A stretch of DNA of 64,000 bases from an uncultured Acidobacteriota bacterium (lineage in GTDB: Bacteria; Acidobacteriota; Polarisedimenticolia; JACPZX01; DASXTC01): NCBI GenBank assembly GCA_963806495.1, contig CAWDYA010000007.1:371945-435944 (forward strand), read 5' to 3'. A program made the translations under genes and the position numbers. Below the pieces are notes generated by a model. It had not been told where the DNA came from. It searched no databases and worked only from the letters and a program-made list of their open reading frames with translations. Within the stretch, counting starts at the first letter, position 1. The number at the start of each line of letters is the position of its first letter. Of this stretch, positions 31,649-41,574 are shown piece by piece.

Positions 31649-32691
31649 CCCGCGAGCAGCCGGTGGAACTGGTGCACGCCGGCTTCCCGGGCGGGGGAGA
31701 ACCGACCGCGATCGTAGGTGCGGGAGGCCAGGCCCTTCTGCACCGCCTCGCAGATGGCGATGTCCTCGAGCTGGATGCCGTGGCTCGCCGCTACCGTGTG
31801 CTCGATCGAGGCACGCGCCTCGGGCGTGCCGGTCTCGAGGAAGTACCACTCGAAGATCGTCAACGTGCGATCGTGGCCGAGCGGCAGGATCAGGTTGGTG
31901 GAGAAGTTGTCCGGGTAGACGTTCAGCATCAGGTTCGGGAAGACCCAGAAGTAGAGCGCGCGGTCGTCGCCCTCGCGAAGCGGCGCGACCTGTACCGAGC
32001 CGAGGCCGAACGTCTCGGTCCGGTAGGCGTCGTAGTCGAGCCATCGGAACAGCTTCGGATGCACCACCGGGATGTGGTACCCCTCGAGGTAGTTGTCGAC
32101 GTATACCTTCCAGTTGCAGCGGATCTCGTAGTCGCGACGGCGTACCGGCTGCATACGGTCGAACGGCGTGTCCGGAGCGCGCTCCGCGACCGCATGCATC
32201 GTCTCTTCGAGAGGCCGGGCTGCCGGATCGAGGTTCACGAACACCAGCGGGCCCCAGACATCGGCCGCCGCAGGCGGAAGACGCACGCTCTTCGGGTCGA
32301 ACCGCTCGACCCCTTCGAACTCCGGGGTCCTGAGCAAGGCCCCGTCGAGGCCGTAGGTCCAGCCGTGATACCCGCACTGATGCGAGCGTCTGTTGCCGGA
32401 GCCGCAGGCCACCGGCCCGGCGCGGTGGCGGCAGACGTTCGACATCGCGCGAAGGCTCCCCCCGGCGTCGCGCAGCAGGAGCATCGGCTCGCCGGCGACC
32501 TCGGTGGTGAGATAGTCGCCGGCGGTCGAGAGGCTCCCGGCGTGGGCGGCGAGCTGCCAGCTGCGTCCGAACACGCGTTCCCGCTCGGCGGCCAGCGCCG
32601 AAGGATCGGTGTACCAGGTCGATGGGAGCGTCCGAGCCGCGGCGAGCCGGGGCTCGATCTCGGGCGGATCGGGCGGCTGATGGGGTGTCAT
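31621..32691 (-). CDS. Rieske [2Fe-2S] non-haem iron oxygenase alpha-subunit-like protein
   Basis: Start chosen at 'MTPHQPP'; Rieske motif 'CRHRAGP...CGYHGW'. Confidence 0.75.
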   Translation of the reverse strand: MTPHQPPDPPEIEPRLAAARTLPSTWYTDPSALAAERERVFGRSWQLAAHAGSLSTAGDYLTTEVAGEPMLLLRDAGGSLRAMSNVCRHRAGPVACGSGNRRSHQCGYHGWTYGLDGALLRTPEFEGVERFDPKSVRLPPAAADVWGPLVFVNLDPAARPLEETMHAVAERAPDTPFDRMQPVRRRDYEIRCNWKVYVDNYLEGYHIPVVHPKLFRWLDYDAYRTETFGLGSVQVAPLREGDDRALYFWVFPNLMLNVYPDNFSTNLILPLGHDRTLTIFEWYFLETGTPEARASIEHTVAASHGIQLEDIAICEAVQKGLASRTYDRGRFSPAREAGVHQFHRLLAGCLGPAGTC

Positions 32692-32782
32692 GGCGGCGGG
32701 ATTGTACCACGCGGGAGCGCACGTCTCGCCTATACTGCGACGGTCGAGCCCGGCACGGCCCGGTACCGGAAAAGGGGGTTCC

Positions 32783-34072
32783 ATGAGGCATGCCATCCGA
32801 CGTTCGGCCGCGGCGATGCTCCTGATGCTGCCAACGTGCGCCGCCGTGCTCGCGGCCGAAAGCGCCGTCGACCATTACAGAAAGGCCGTAGCCGCCTACA
32901 AGGCGGGCGACTTCGAGGGGTATCGCGCGTCGATCGCCGAGGCAGTGCGACTCGCGCCGGATCATCCGGCCTACGTGTTCGATCTCGCCGGGGCCGACGC
33001 TCTGACCGGGCGACCCGTCGAGTCGATCGCGGCCCTGCGGCGTCTGGTGGAGATGAAGGTCTGGCAGGACGTGGAGGTCGAGCACGACCTCGATCCGATC
33101 CGTGGCACGCCGGAGTTCCGCGACGTCGCGGCCGATCTGGCTGCGCTGAAGAGGCCGATCGGTACGAGCGTGAAGGCGTTCCGCCTGCGCGAGAGAGACT
33201 TCATCCCCGAAGGGATCGCCTACGACCCGGACACCCGTTCGTTCTTCGTGGGAAGCGTGCATCTCGGCAGGATCGTGAGAGTGGATCGCAAAGGCCGGGA
33301 GACCGGCTTCACGCGGGACGGTGAGGCGGGCGTCTGGTCGATCCTGGGGATGGCCGTGGACACACCTCGCAAGCTCCTGTGGGCTTGCACGAGCGGCATG
33401 GCGGAGACGGCGAACCTGGCGGCGCCCGACAAGGGAAGGGCCTCTCTGCTGAAGCTGGATCTCGCCACGGGAAAGCTCCTCGCACGCTATCCGCTCGCGG
33501 GCGGGCAGCCGGAGCACAACTGCAACGATCTGGCCATCGGGCCCAAAGGCGACGTGTATGTCTCGGACGCCATCTCTGGGCAGATCCTGCGTCTGGCCCC
33601 CGGTGGCGCGGGGCTGACGGAGTTCGTGCCCGCCGGGCGGCTGCGCTCGCCCCAGGGGCTGGCCTTCTCCGCCGACGGCCGGTATCTGTTCGTCGCGGAC
33701 TACGCGAGCGGCCTGCACCGGCTCGCACCGCCGGATGCGGAGCCGCTGAGGCTGGAACAGCCTGCCGGCATGTCGGGTCGTGGCATCGACGGGCTTTTGT
33801 TCTTCGAGGGCTCCTTGATCGCCATCCAGAACGGCGTGCGTCCGCACCGTGTGGTGCGCCTGCATCTCGACGCCGGCATGGCGCGGATCGAGCGGGCGGA
33901 GATCCTGGAGATGAACAACCCGCACTTCGATGAGCCGACGCTCGGCGTGATCGTGGGCCGGGATTTCTTCTACGTGGCCAACAGCCAGTGGAGCCGGTTC
34001 GAGCCCGATGGCACGATCTTCCCGATGGACCGGCTCGAGCGGCCGGTCGTGCTGAAGCTGCGGCTGGACTGA
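32783..34072 (+). CDS. Secreted beta-propeller protein (SMP-30/gluconolactonase/strictosidine-synthase-like) with N-terminal TPR-like region
   Basis: Start chosen at 'MRHAIRRSAAAMLLMLPTCAAVLA' (signal peptide); repeated 'GIAYDPD', 'NDLAIGPKGDVYVSD', 'GLAFSADGRYLFVAD' blade motifs. Confidence 0.6.
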   Translation: MRHAIRRSAAAMLLMLPTCAAVLAAESAVDHYRKAVAAYKAGDFEGYRASIAEAVRLAPDHPAYVFDLAGADALTGRPVESIAALRRLVEMKVWQDVEVEHDLDPIRGTPEFRDVAADLAALKRPIGTSVKAFRLRERDFIPEGIAYDPDTRSFFVGSVHLGRIVRVDRKGRETGFTRDGEAGVWSILGMAVDTPRKLLWACTSGMAETANLAAPDKGRASLLKLDLATGKLLARYPLAGGQPEHNCNDLAIGPKGDVYVSDAISGQILRLAPGGAGLTEFVPAGRLRSPQGLAFSADGRYLFVADYASGLHRLAPPDAEPLRLEQPAGMSGRGIDGLLFFEGSLIAIQNGVRPHRVVRLHLDAGMARIERAEILEMNNPHFDEPTLGVIVGRDFFYVANSQWSRFEPDGTIFPMDRLERPVVLKLRLD

Positions 34073-34085
34073 GCGGGCCGGCGTC

Positions 34086-35054
34086 TCACATCGCGGGATA
34101 GCGCTCGTACAGGGAGCCGGGCAGGTCGGAGTAGCGCACCATTCCCGGTGTGGTGAGGACGTCACCTCCCTCGGTGATGAGCACCCCCTCGACGCCGACC
34201 CGCTCGAGATGCTCCATGCCTTTCTCGGGGCCGAGCAGGAACGAGGCGGTGGCGGCGAGCCCGGCCCGGAACGCGTCCGGGGCCAGAGTCGTGCTCGCGG
34301 CCACGCCCCGTGCGGGCCAGCCGGTGCGGGCATCGAGCAGATGGTGGTACCGGACGCCGTCACGGAGAAAGAATCGCTCGTAGTCGCCGGAGGACGCGAC
34401 CCCGCCATCCCACACCATCCGGACGGAGAATCGGCATCGGGTGCGGATGCGAGGGTCGAGCACGCCAATTCGCCAGGGCTTGCCGTCGCCGCGCGCGCCC
34501 ATGGTTCGGATGTCGCCCGCGAGGTTCACCACCGCCGACTCGACCCCCTCCTGCCGGAGACGGTCGGCCACACGATCGGCCGCGTACTCCTTGCCCACGC
34601 CGCCGAGATCCAGCTCCATCCCCTCGCGTCTCAGGAAAACCGTCCCGTTGCGTACCGACACCTGACGGTAGTCGACCAGGGGCAGGAGCGCGTCGACCTC
34701 GGCGGGGGAGGGGACGCGCTGGTGCCTGAAGTCCCAGACCCGCCGCAGCACCCCGACCGTCGGGTCGAAGGCGCCGCCGGTGTCGGCGGCAAGGGCGAGC
34801 GCCTGCCCGACCAGCGCCACGGTCTCTTCGTCGACCGCCACGGGGGTGCGGCCGGCGTTGATGTTGATCCGGCCGATGACGCTCGATGCGATGTAGCGGG
34901 AGAACTTGCGCTCGATCCGGTCCGCCTCGTTCATCGCCGCGGTCGCCACGGCCTCGGCGTGCCGCTCGCCGCGATCGTCGACGAAGCGAAGCAGGCCCCA
35001 GCTCCCCATCGCCCGGAACCACTTGTTGTACAGAGCGCGGTCGGCGGCGGCCAT
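34086..35054 (-). CDS. FAD:protein FMN transferase (ApbE family)
   Basis: 322 aa; ApbE-like throughout ('FDPTVGVLRRVWDF', 'LGGVGKEYAADR'). Confidence 0.8.
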   Translation of the reverse strand: MAAADRALYNKWFRAMGSWGLLRFVDDRGERHAEAVATAAMNEADRIERKFSRYIASSVIGRININAGRTPVAVDEETVALVGQALALAADTGGAFDPTVGVLRRVWDFRHQRVPSPAEVDALLPLVDYRQVSVRNGTVFLRREGMELDLGGVGKEYAADRVADRLRQEGVESAVVNLAGDIRTMGARGDGKPWRIGVLDPRIRTRCRFSVRMVWDGGVASSGDYERFFLRDGVRYHHLLDARTGWPARGVAASTTLAPDAFRAGLAATASFLLGPEKGMEHLERVGVEGVLITEGGDVLTTPGMVRYSDLPGSLYERYPAM

Positions 35055-35055
35055 A

Positions 35056-36270
35056 TCAGAACTTGAACCTGAGGCCGACAGTGGCGGTCAGCGTCTGCAG
35101 GTCGGCCGGAGAGACGCTGCTCGAGCCGCCCCCTTCGTTCTCGTTTTCGTTCTCCAGGGACGTGACCGGAGGCTTGAGCAGCAGCGTGGGCGTGCCGAGC
35201 GGGCGCACCCGGTCCAGCCCGGTCTGGTCGGCGTAGGTGGCCTCGAACATGACCGACACCCGGTCGCTCACCTCCACCGTGAGCCCGATACCGGCCAGCC
35301 AGCTCCAGAACGAGGACAGCCGGTAGTCGCCGCTCATGTACGGCTGCGGGGTGGAGAACTCGTAGCCGAAGAACTCCGCAGCGCTCTGTCTGTAGTAGCG
35401 CAGCCGGGGCGTGACGATCACCTTGTCGCCGACCCGCTGATCGAAGGTGAGGTCGATGGTGTGGGCGCGGATCGACCAGTCGTCCCAGTAGTAGCGGTAG
35501 CTGGTCTTGAGCGCGCCGCGTGTCGTGAAGTAGTGACCGAACTTGATCACCGCGCTCTTGCGGCTGCGCGTGTCGGGGCGCACCTCGGGGACGCTCGTGT
35601 TCGGGTCGAGGGTCACCCGCTTGTACGGGTCCGTGAGATACCCGTTGAGCTTGTCGAGCCCGAAGGAGAAGTCGACGAGGTCCCTGGGGCCGAGGATCTG
35701 GGTCCATCCGATCGAGTACGAGTCGCTGCTCTTGGTGAAGCTGTCGTTGGTGCCGACCGGGTCGATCTGGTCGCGCGTGATACCGATCCCCCCGTGCAGG
35801 GTCGAGCGCCCGCCGAACAGATCCAGTGAATCCACCAGTGACACGCCGCGCGACAGGTAGTCCGACTCGTGCGAGTAGCTCAGCGTGATCGATGGAAGCT
35901 GGGAGCCGAACCGCTTCGAGTACGAGCCGGTGATCGCCTGGCGCGTGTCGGTGTACTGGGCCTTGGGGATGCTGCTCGACGAGGACGACGAGGCGCTCGC
36001 CGTGGCGTCCATCGTCGGCATCTCGCCGGTGGGCGATGCGCCCGAGATCGAGTCATAGGAGAGGAGCAGGCCGAACTGTCCCTTCTCCCCGAAGTCCTGG
36101 AGCATGTAGATCTCGGGGTTGCTGACCTGGGTCCGGCCGTCGCCTTCCTTGTAATGCAGGAAGCGGAAGTCCACGGTGGTATCGGCGCGGGCCGTCGAGC
36201 CGGCCAGGGCCCCGATGCCGGCGGCGAGCAGCCCGAGATTGCGTCCCGCCTTGCCGTCAGTTGCAGCCAC
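35056..36270 (-). CDS. DUF3570-like outer-membrane beta-barrel protein
   Basis: 404 aa; signal-like N-terminus, Ser/Thr/Tyr-rich alternating pattern, C-terminal 'LRFKF'. Its position between a DUF4266-like gene and ApbE matches a neighbourhood I recall for DUF3570. Confidence 0.6.
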   Translation of the reverse strand: MAATDGKAGRNLGLLAAGIGALAGSTARADTTVDFRFLHYKEGDGRTQVSNPEIYMLQDFGEKGQFGLLLSYDSISGASPTGEMPTMDATASASSSSSSSIPKAQYTDTRQAITGSYSKRFGSQLPSITLSYSHESDYLSRGVSLVDSLDLFGGRSTLHGGIGITRDQIDPVGTNDSFTKSSDSYSIGWTQILGPRDLVDFSFGLDKLNGYLTDPYKRVTLDPNTSVPEVRPDTRSRKSAVIKFGHYFTTRGALKTSYRYYWDDWSIRAHTIDLTFDQRVGDKVIVTPRLRYYRQSAAEFFGYEFSTPQPYMSGDYRLSSFWSWLAGIGLTVEVSDRVSVMFEATYADQTGLDRVRPLGTPTLLLKPPVTSLENENENEGGGSSSVSPADLQTLTATVGLRFKF

Positions 36271-37012
36271 AGCCGCCCCCCGAGACGCCTCCGTTGCCCG
36301 CGGCGCCCTCCTTGCTCGCGTGGATGTGCTCGCGCATCGAGCGGGTCAGCATGTCACCGTCCAGGCTCATGATCGGGTCGGCCAGATAGCCGCGCTGCCA
36401 CGCCCGGAGGTTCCCGTTCGGCCCCTTGCGCTTGCCACCGGCCTCGGAGGCGGAGGCGGGGAGCACGTCGCCGTGCAGATAGGCATCGAGCGCCTCCTCC
36501 GTCTGCCCGTGAACCGTCTCGGTGCCTCCCTCGAACCGGGCGATCTCGCGCCCGTCGGGACCGAGCAGCACCGATGTGGGCATCGCCGCGACCGCGAACA
36601 CCTCGCCGCCTTTTCCTGACGGGTCGCGCCCCACGAGGAAGGTGGTGGGCGGAAACGAGGTGATGAAGTCGTACACAGCGTCATCGTCGGTCTCGAGCGA
36701 CACCGCGATGACCTGCAGCCCTTCGGGGTGGTATCGGGCGGCGAGCGTATCGAGCCACGGGAATCCCTTGCGGCAGGGGATGCACCAGGAGGCCCAGAAC
36801 TCCAGCAGGACGGGCTTGCCGCGAAACTCGGCCAGCGTGTGGGTCCCGCCCCTCATGTCCGTGAAGCTGAAGTCGGCAGGGAGAGCAGGCTCGGTGTCGG
36901 CCGTTGCGGAAAGGGCCGGCGCCGGGGAAGGGGGCGTCGCGGGAGCGGCGCCGAGCAGCGAGAGCATGCACAGGAGCGCCGGGTAGAGACGTCGTCGTGA
37001 GCCGGATGTCAT
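36257..37012 (-). CDS. TlpA-like thioredoxin fused to a C-terminal DUF4266-like module
   Basis: 251-aa C-terminal part of ORF 36257..37975: signal 'MTSGSRRRLYPALLCMLSLLGAAPA', thioredoxin 'EFWASWCIPCR', then a ~70-aa tail ending 'GNGGVSGGGCGCN'. The N-terminal 320 aa of the track ORF is artefact. Confidence 0.65.
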   Translation of the reverse strand: MTSGSRRRLYPALLCMLSLLGAAPATPPSPAPALSATADTEPALPADFSFTDMRGGTHTLAEFRGKPVLLEFWASWCIPCRKGFPWLDTLAARYHPEGLQVIAVSLETDDDAVYDFITSFPPTTFLVGRDPSGKGGEVFAVAAMPTSVLLGPDGREIARFEGGTETVHGQTEEALDAYLHGDVLPASASEAGGKRKGPNGNLRAWQRGYLADPIMSLDGDMLTRSMREHIHASKEGAAGNGGVSGGGCGCN

Positions 37013-37216
37013 CGGGTTCCCTCGAAGGTTGGGCGGGGTATCATCGTCGCTCATCAGCCAGGTCACGACCGTCAGACACCCGGCGGGGCCGGTTTCCTTC
37101 GCGCGACAGGCAGAAGATGTTTGGCCGGGATTCGGGGGCGGCGGGACGGCGCCTCCGCCCGGCGCCGGCGCGGGGCCGCACGCAGGAAGCCGGAACCCGC
37201 GTGCTAGAATCCCGGC

Positions 37217-40189
37217 ATGTCGAGGCTCCGTATCCTGCTGATGGTGGCGGTCTTGGCGACCGCCGCCTACCTCGTTTCGAGCGTCACGCGGGTCCCTTCC
37301 GATCAGATCGCGGTGCGGGAGAGCCTGCTGTCCGGCGGGCCGCCGACCGTGGTGGGGGCGGGATGGCGGTTCGTGCCCCGGGGGCTCTACCGCCTCACGC
37401 GATATCCGGCGGGGCCGGCGTCGTTCGCGTTCGGGCAGGACGAGCCGTTCCAGCTCGTCACGCCCCAGGGTGCGAAGGTCGTCGGGGCCGGGACGCTGAG
37501 CTACCGGGTCGAGCCGGAGGATGCGGCGGCCCTGCACGCGCGCTGTGGCGGCCGTCTCGAGACCTGGCTCCTGGATCGCGTCCGCGCGGCGCTCACCGAG
37601 GTGCTGTCGCGGCCCGGGCTCTCTCCGCTTACGGCGTCGAAGATCCCGGACGTGGAGGCCGCAGGCCTGAAGATCCTCGAGGACTCGGCGGGCGGCGACG
37701 GGCTGCGGATCGACGGGATGCGTCTGGACCGACTCGGCTACGAAGGGGCCGCGGTCGCCGCCGCCCCGCGCGCCACCGTGCGGCGCAGGATGATCTGGTT
37801 CGCTGTCGACTCGTTCGACTGGAAGATCGCACGCCCTCTCATCGAGGCGGGCCGGATGCCGAACCTCAAGCGACTGATGGACGAGGGGGCCTGGGGAAAT
37901 CTGCGGACGATCGTGCCGATCCTCTCGCCCGTGGTCTGGACCTCGGCGGCCACCGGCAAGCGACCGGAGAAGCACGGCATCATCGACTTCGTCGCCAGCG
38001 ATCCGAAGACCGGGGCGCTGGTGCCCGTCACCAGCTCGCTGCGAAAGGCGCGCGCGTTCTGGAACATCCTCAGCGACGGCGGCGTCTCGGTGGGCGTGGT
38101 GGCGTGGTGGGCGAGCTTTCCGGCGGAGAAGGTGGACGGATTCATCGCAACCGACCGGATTCGTACCAGCTGTTCAAGAACCAGGTCACGAAGGAGGAGT
38201 CGTCCGACGACCCGTTCAAGACGTATCCGGCCGATCTGTACCCGACGATCTCCCCGCTGATCACGGCGCCGGCCTCGATCACCGAGAAAGACCTCTCACG
38301 TTTCATCGACATGAAGCGCTACGCCTCGCGATTCTCGGCCGACGACGAGGACCGCGTGCACGAGTTCGCCACCGCGGTGGCGGCATCGAGGACCTACACA
38401 GCCATCGCCAAGAAGCTGTTCGAACAGCGTCCGACCGACCTCAGGGTGGTCTATTTCGAGGGGCCGGACGAGGCCTCGCACCTGTTCATGCCGTTCGTCC
38501 CGCCGCCCGTCAGCACCGTCGATGCGAGCAAGGCCGCGTGGTTCGGGGGCGTCGTGGACGCGTACTACGTCTACCAGGACGAGCTGATCGGTCAGCTGCT
38601 CGACGCGTTCGCCGACGACGACACCACGATCCTCGTCTCCTCCGATCACGGTTTCAAGATTCGGAGACGACCGGCCGCAGACCGAGTCCCGCATCAGCCA
38701 CGGCAAGGCCGCCGACTGGCACTCTCCCGACGGGATGATCGTTCTCGCCGGCAGGGACATCAAGAAGGGCACCCGCATCCTCAACGCCAACGTGCTCGAC
38801 ATCGTCCCGACGCTTCTCTACCTGTACGGGATGCCGGTCGCCGAGGACATGGACGGCAAACCGTTGACGATGGCGCTGACCGAGGACTTTCTCGCGGCTC
38901 ACGAGCCCTCGCAGGTGGCGACGTATGAAACCGGCGAGGCGGAACCGGCGCCGGAGCTCGACTACGCCTCGGAGGAGGGTAAGGAGGCGATCGAGAAGCT
39001 GCGCTCGCTCGGCTACATCGAGCAGGATCAGCCCTCGGCGCATCTCAACCAGGGCGCCGTCTACATGCAGACCGGCGAGTACGACAAGGCGATCGAGGGG
39101 TTCAGGACGGCGCTGCAGAAGATGGACGACCCGGACGTGCGCCTCGCCCTCGCCCGCGCGTACCGGCTGAGCCACAAGCCCGAGCAGGCCGCCGAGCAGC
39201 TCGACATCCTGATGAAGCGCGGCTGGAAGGAGGCGCGGGTGTACAACGAGATGTCGCTGCTGCGGCGGGATCTGAGGGACTACAAGGGAGCCGAGGCCCT
39301 GCTGAAGCGCGCGCTTTCGTCCGACCCGAAGTACGACGAGGCGCAGCTCAACATCGGCCGGTTGTACGCCGAGGAGTCGCGGTGGGACGACGCGCTGGCC
39401 GCCTTCCAGCGCGCCCTGGAGCTGGACCCCAGCTCGGGCGAGACCTACAACCAGATCGGCGTCGTGCTCAAGAAGCTGGGCCGGACCGATGAGGCGATCG
39501 CCTCGCTGGAGAAGGCGATCAAGGTCGCGCCCGATATCACGGGGCCCTACAACAACCTCGGCATCATCTACCGGGAGACCGGGCGGATGGACAAGGCACT
39601 CGAAGTGCTCGAGCTCGGCACGACGATGGCCCCCAAGAATGCGATGCTTCGCAACAGCCTGGCCTCGCTTTACTACGCTCAGGGCGACGTGGACAAGGCG
39701 GTCGCGCAGCTCGAAGCCGCCGTGCAGGGCGAGCCGGACCACATCGGCTCGCTGTCCAACCTGGTCAGTATCAACATGGCCAGGCACAACCCGGCCGACG
39801 CGGAGAAGTACCTGCGGCGCCTGCTGGAGTTGCAGCCGGGAAACGACCAGCTGCAGCTCTCGCTTGCGCTGGTGCTCTCGGACCAGAAGAAGTTCGACGA
39901 GTCGCGGCGGATGCTCAACGTCCTGCTCGCGAAGAACGCGCGCGACCCCGCGGCGCTGATGATCCTCGGGGAGGTGGAGCTCGCAAGCGGCAACCCCGCC
40001 GAGGGGGCGAAACGGTTCGAGCAGTCGAGCGCGATCGACACGAAGAACCCGCGCGTATGGAACGGCCTGGCGAAGTGCTACCTGGCGCTGGGGCGCAAGG
40101 ACGACGCCCGGCAGGCGATGCGGCGGTCGCTCCAGGCGGACCCGAAGCAGCCCGAGGTGGGGAGGAAGCTCGCCGAGCTCGGGGGCTAG
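37217..40189 (+). CDS. Alkaline-phosphatase-superfamily (type I phosphodiesterase-like) protein fused to C-terminal TPR repeats (two frameshifts)
   Basis: Three track ORFs: 37217..38260 ('WFAVDSFDW', 'PNLKRLMDEGAWGNL'), the middle of 36904..38928 ('ILVSSDHGF') and 38735..40189 (TPR repeats). Frame changes near 38155 and 38660; the first and last segments share a frame. 'LRSLGYIEQ' sits at the catalytic/TPR boundary. Confidence 0.6.
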
Positions 40190-40209
40190 GGCCGGCGGAA
40201 CCCCGTGGC

Positions 40210-41392
40210 TCAGGCCGTCGATGGCCGGTCCGGCCGTAGCGACCAGAGCGGAAGCAACGCCCGCGCGGTCTCATCTTCCGGCTCGCCGCCGGTCAGCATC
40301 TGGGTCACCATCAGGCCGATCAACGGGAGCCCACTTGAACATGTGGCCGCTGCCGGCGCCGAGCACGATCCCACGCCGCGAGTCGTCGAGCCAGTCGAGG
40401 ATGAACCGGTCGTCCCGACCGCACGTGTACATGCACCGCTCGGTGCCGAGCAGCTCCACCCCGGTCACGTTCAGATGGGAGCGCACGAAGTCGACGAGGC
40501 GGTCCGCTTCGGCGGGATCCGCGTCGGCATCGTCGGGCTCGGGATCGGTTGCGGGTCCCTCCGTGACGTGCCTCGCTACCTTGAGGCCCTGCGGCGCGAA
40601 GGCGGGCAGCCCGTAGTGGATCGGATTCGCCCCGTCTCCCACGTGCGCCCAGGGCGGGAACGCGCCGACCGCGGTCCCGGTGGGCAGGCCGGAGACTCGC
40701 ACGTACGCCACCGTCTGACGGATCGGCGTGATGCGGCCGGCAGGGCAGGGGACGAGCCCGCCCGTCCAGGGGCCGGCCGCCACGACGAGCCGGTGTGCGC
40801 GCAGCGCCCCACCATCTGTGTGCACCCGGTAGCCACCGGACTCCCGTTCGATTTCGAGTACTTGCGTGTCGTAGCGTAACTCGACGCGAGCCCGCGCGAG
40901 GGTCTCGGCCAGCCGGCGGATGATCTCCGAGGCGAACAGGATGCCGGCGGTTCGGTCCTCGAGGACGATCGCGTCGTCGTCGAATGCGAACTGGGGAAAG
41001 AGACGACGAGCGCCGCATGCATCGATCCGCCGGATGGCCGGATTGGTGGTCCCGGCGTGGACCTTTTCGATGGCGGCGGCGTAATCGGCGATGACGCCCG
41101 ACGGCGCGCCGTACAGACACATGGGGCTGAGTCGGATGAGCGGACCGCCGATATCCTGCTCGAGCCGACGCCACTCGAGGAAACAGCGTCGCATCGCGCT
41201 CGTCTCGAGGATCGTCGGGTAGGCGCTGCGGATGATGCGGAGAAGGCCATGCGAGCTCCCGCGCGCCGGCGCCGGTCCGGCGAACCGTTCGAGAACCGCG
41301 ATCCGTGACGCGGCATCCCGCCGCCGCAGGCCGTGAGCGACGGCCAGCCCGGCGATGCCCGCGCCGATCACGATGACGTCGTACCGTGACAT
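40210..41392 (-). CDS. FAD-dependent oxidoreductase (sarcosine/glycine-oxidase-like) (frameshift near C-terminus)
   Basis: ORF 40271..41464 with start chosen at 'MSRYDVIVIGAGIAGLAVA' (GxGxxG). After 'GHMFKWAP' the protein-like sequence continues in another frame ('IGLMVTQMLTGGEPEDE') to a stop near 40210. Confidence 0.7.
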
Positions 41393-41495
41393 GGCCCCAT
41401 CGTCGCAGGATGCCGGGTCGCCCGCAACTCGGCGTCGTGGCGGTGTCGCTGACCGGTGCCACAACCGCCGATGGTGTAGTAGGATCGGCGCCGGT

Positions 41496-41571
41496 GGGCC
41501 GTTAGCTCAGTCGGTAGAGCATCTGCCTTTTAAGCAGAGGGTCGCTGGTTCGAGTCCAGCACGGCTCACCA
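41496..41571 (+). tRNA. tRNA-Lys (anticodon TTT)
   Basis: 76 nt with encoded CCA; cloverleaf with 7-bp acceptor stem GGGCCGT/ACGGCTC (one G-T pair), anticodon stem TCTGC/GCAGA and loop CTTTTAA, T-loop GGTTCGAGTCC. Confidence 0.85.
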
Positions 41572-41574
41572 ACC

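Noticed and set aside
28997-34468. 1823-aa ORF, the longest in the track
   Set aside because: Only the C-terminal 883 aa (from 31648) is protein-like (M14-like). The upstream 940 aa is Arg/Pro/Gly-rich read-through overlapping the real Rieske and beta-propeller genes in other frames.
36904-38928. 674-aa plus-strand ORF taken as a single gene
   Set aside because: Its first ~400 aa are low-complexity; only the central segment is real and belongs to the frameshifted phosphodiesterase-TPR gene.
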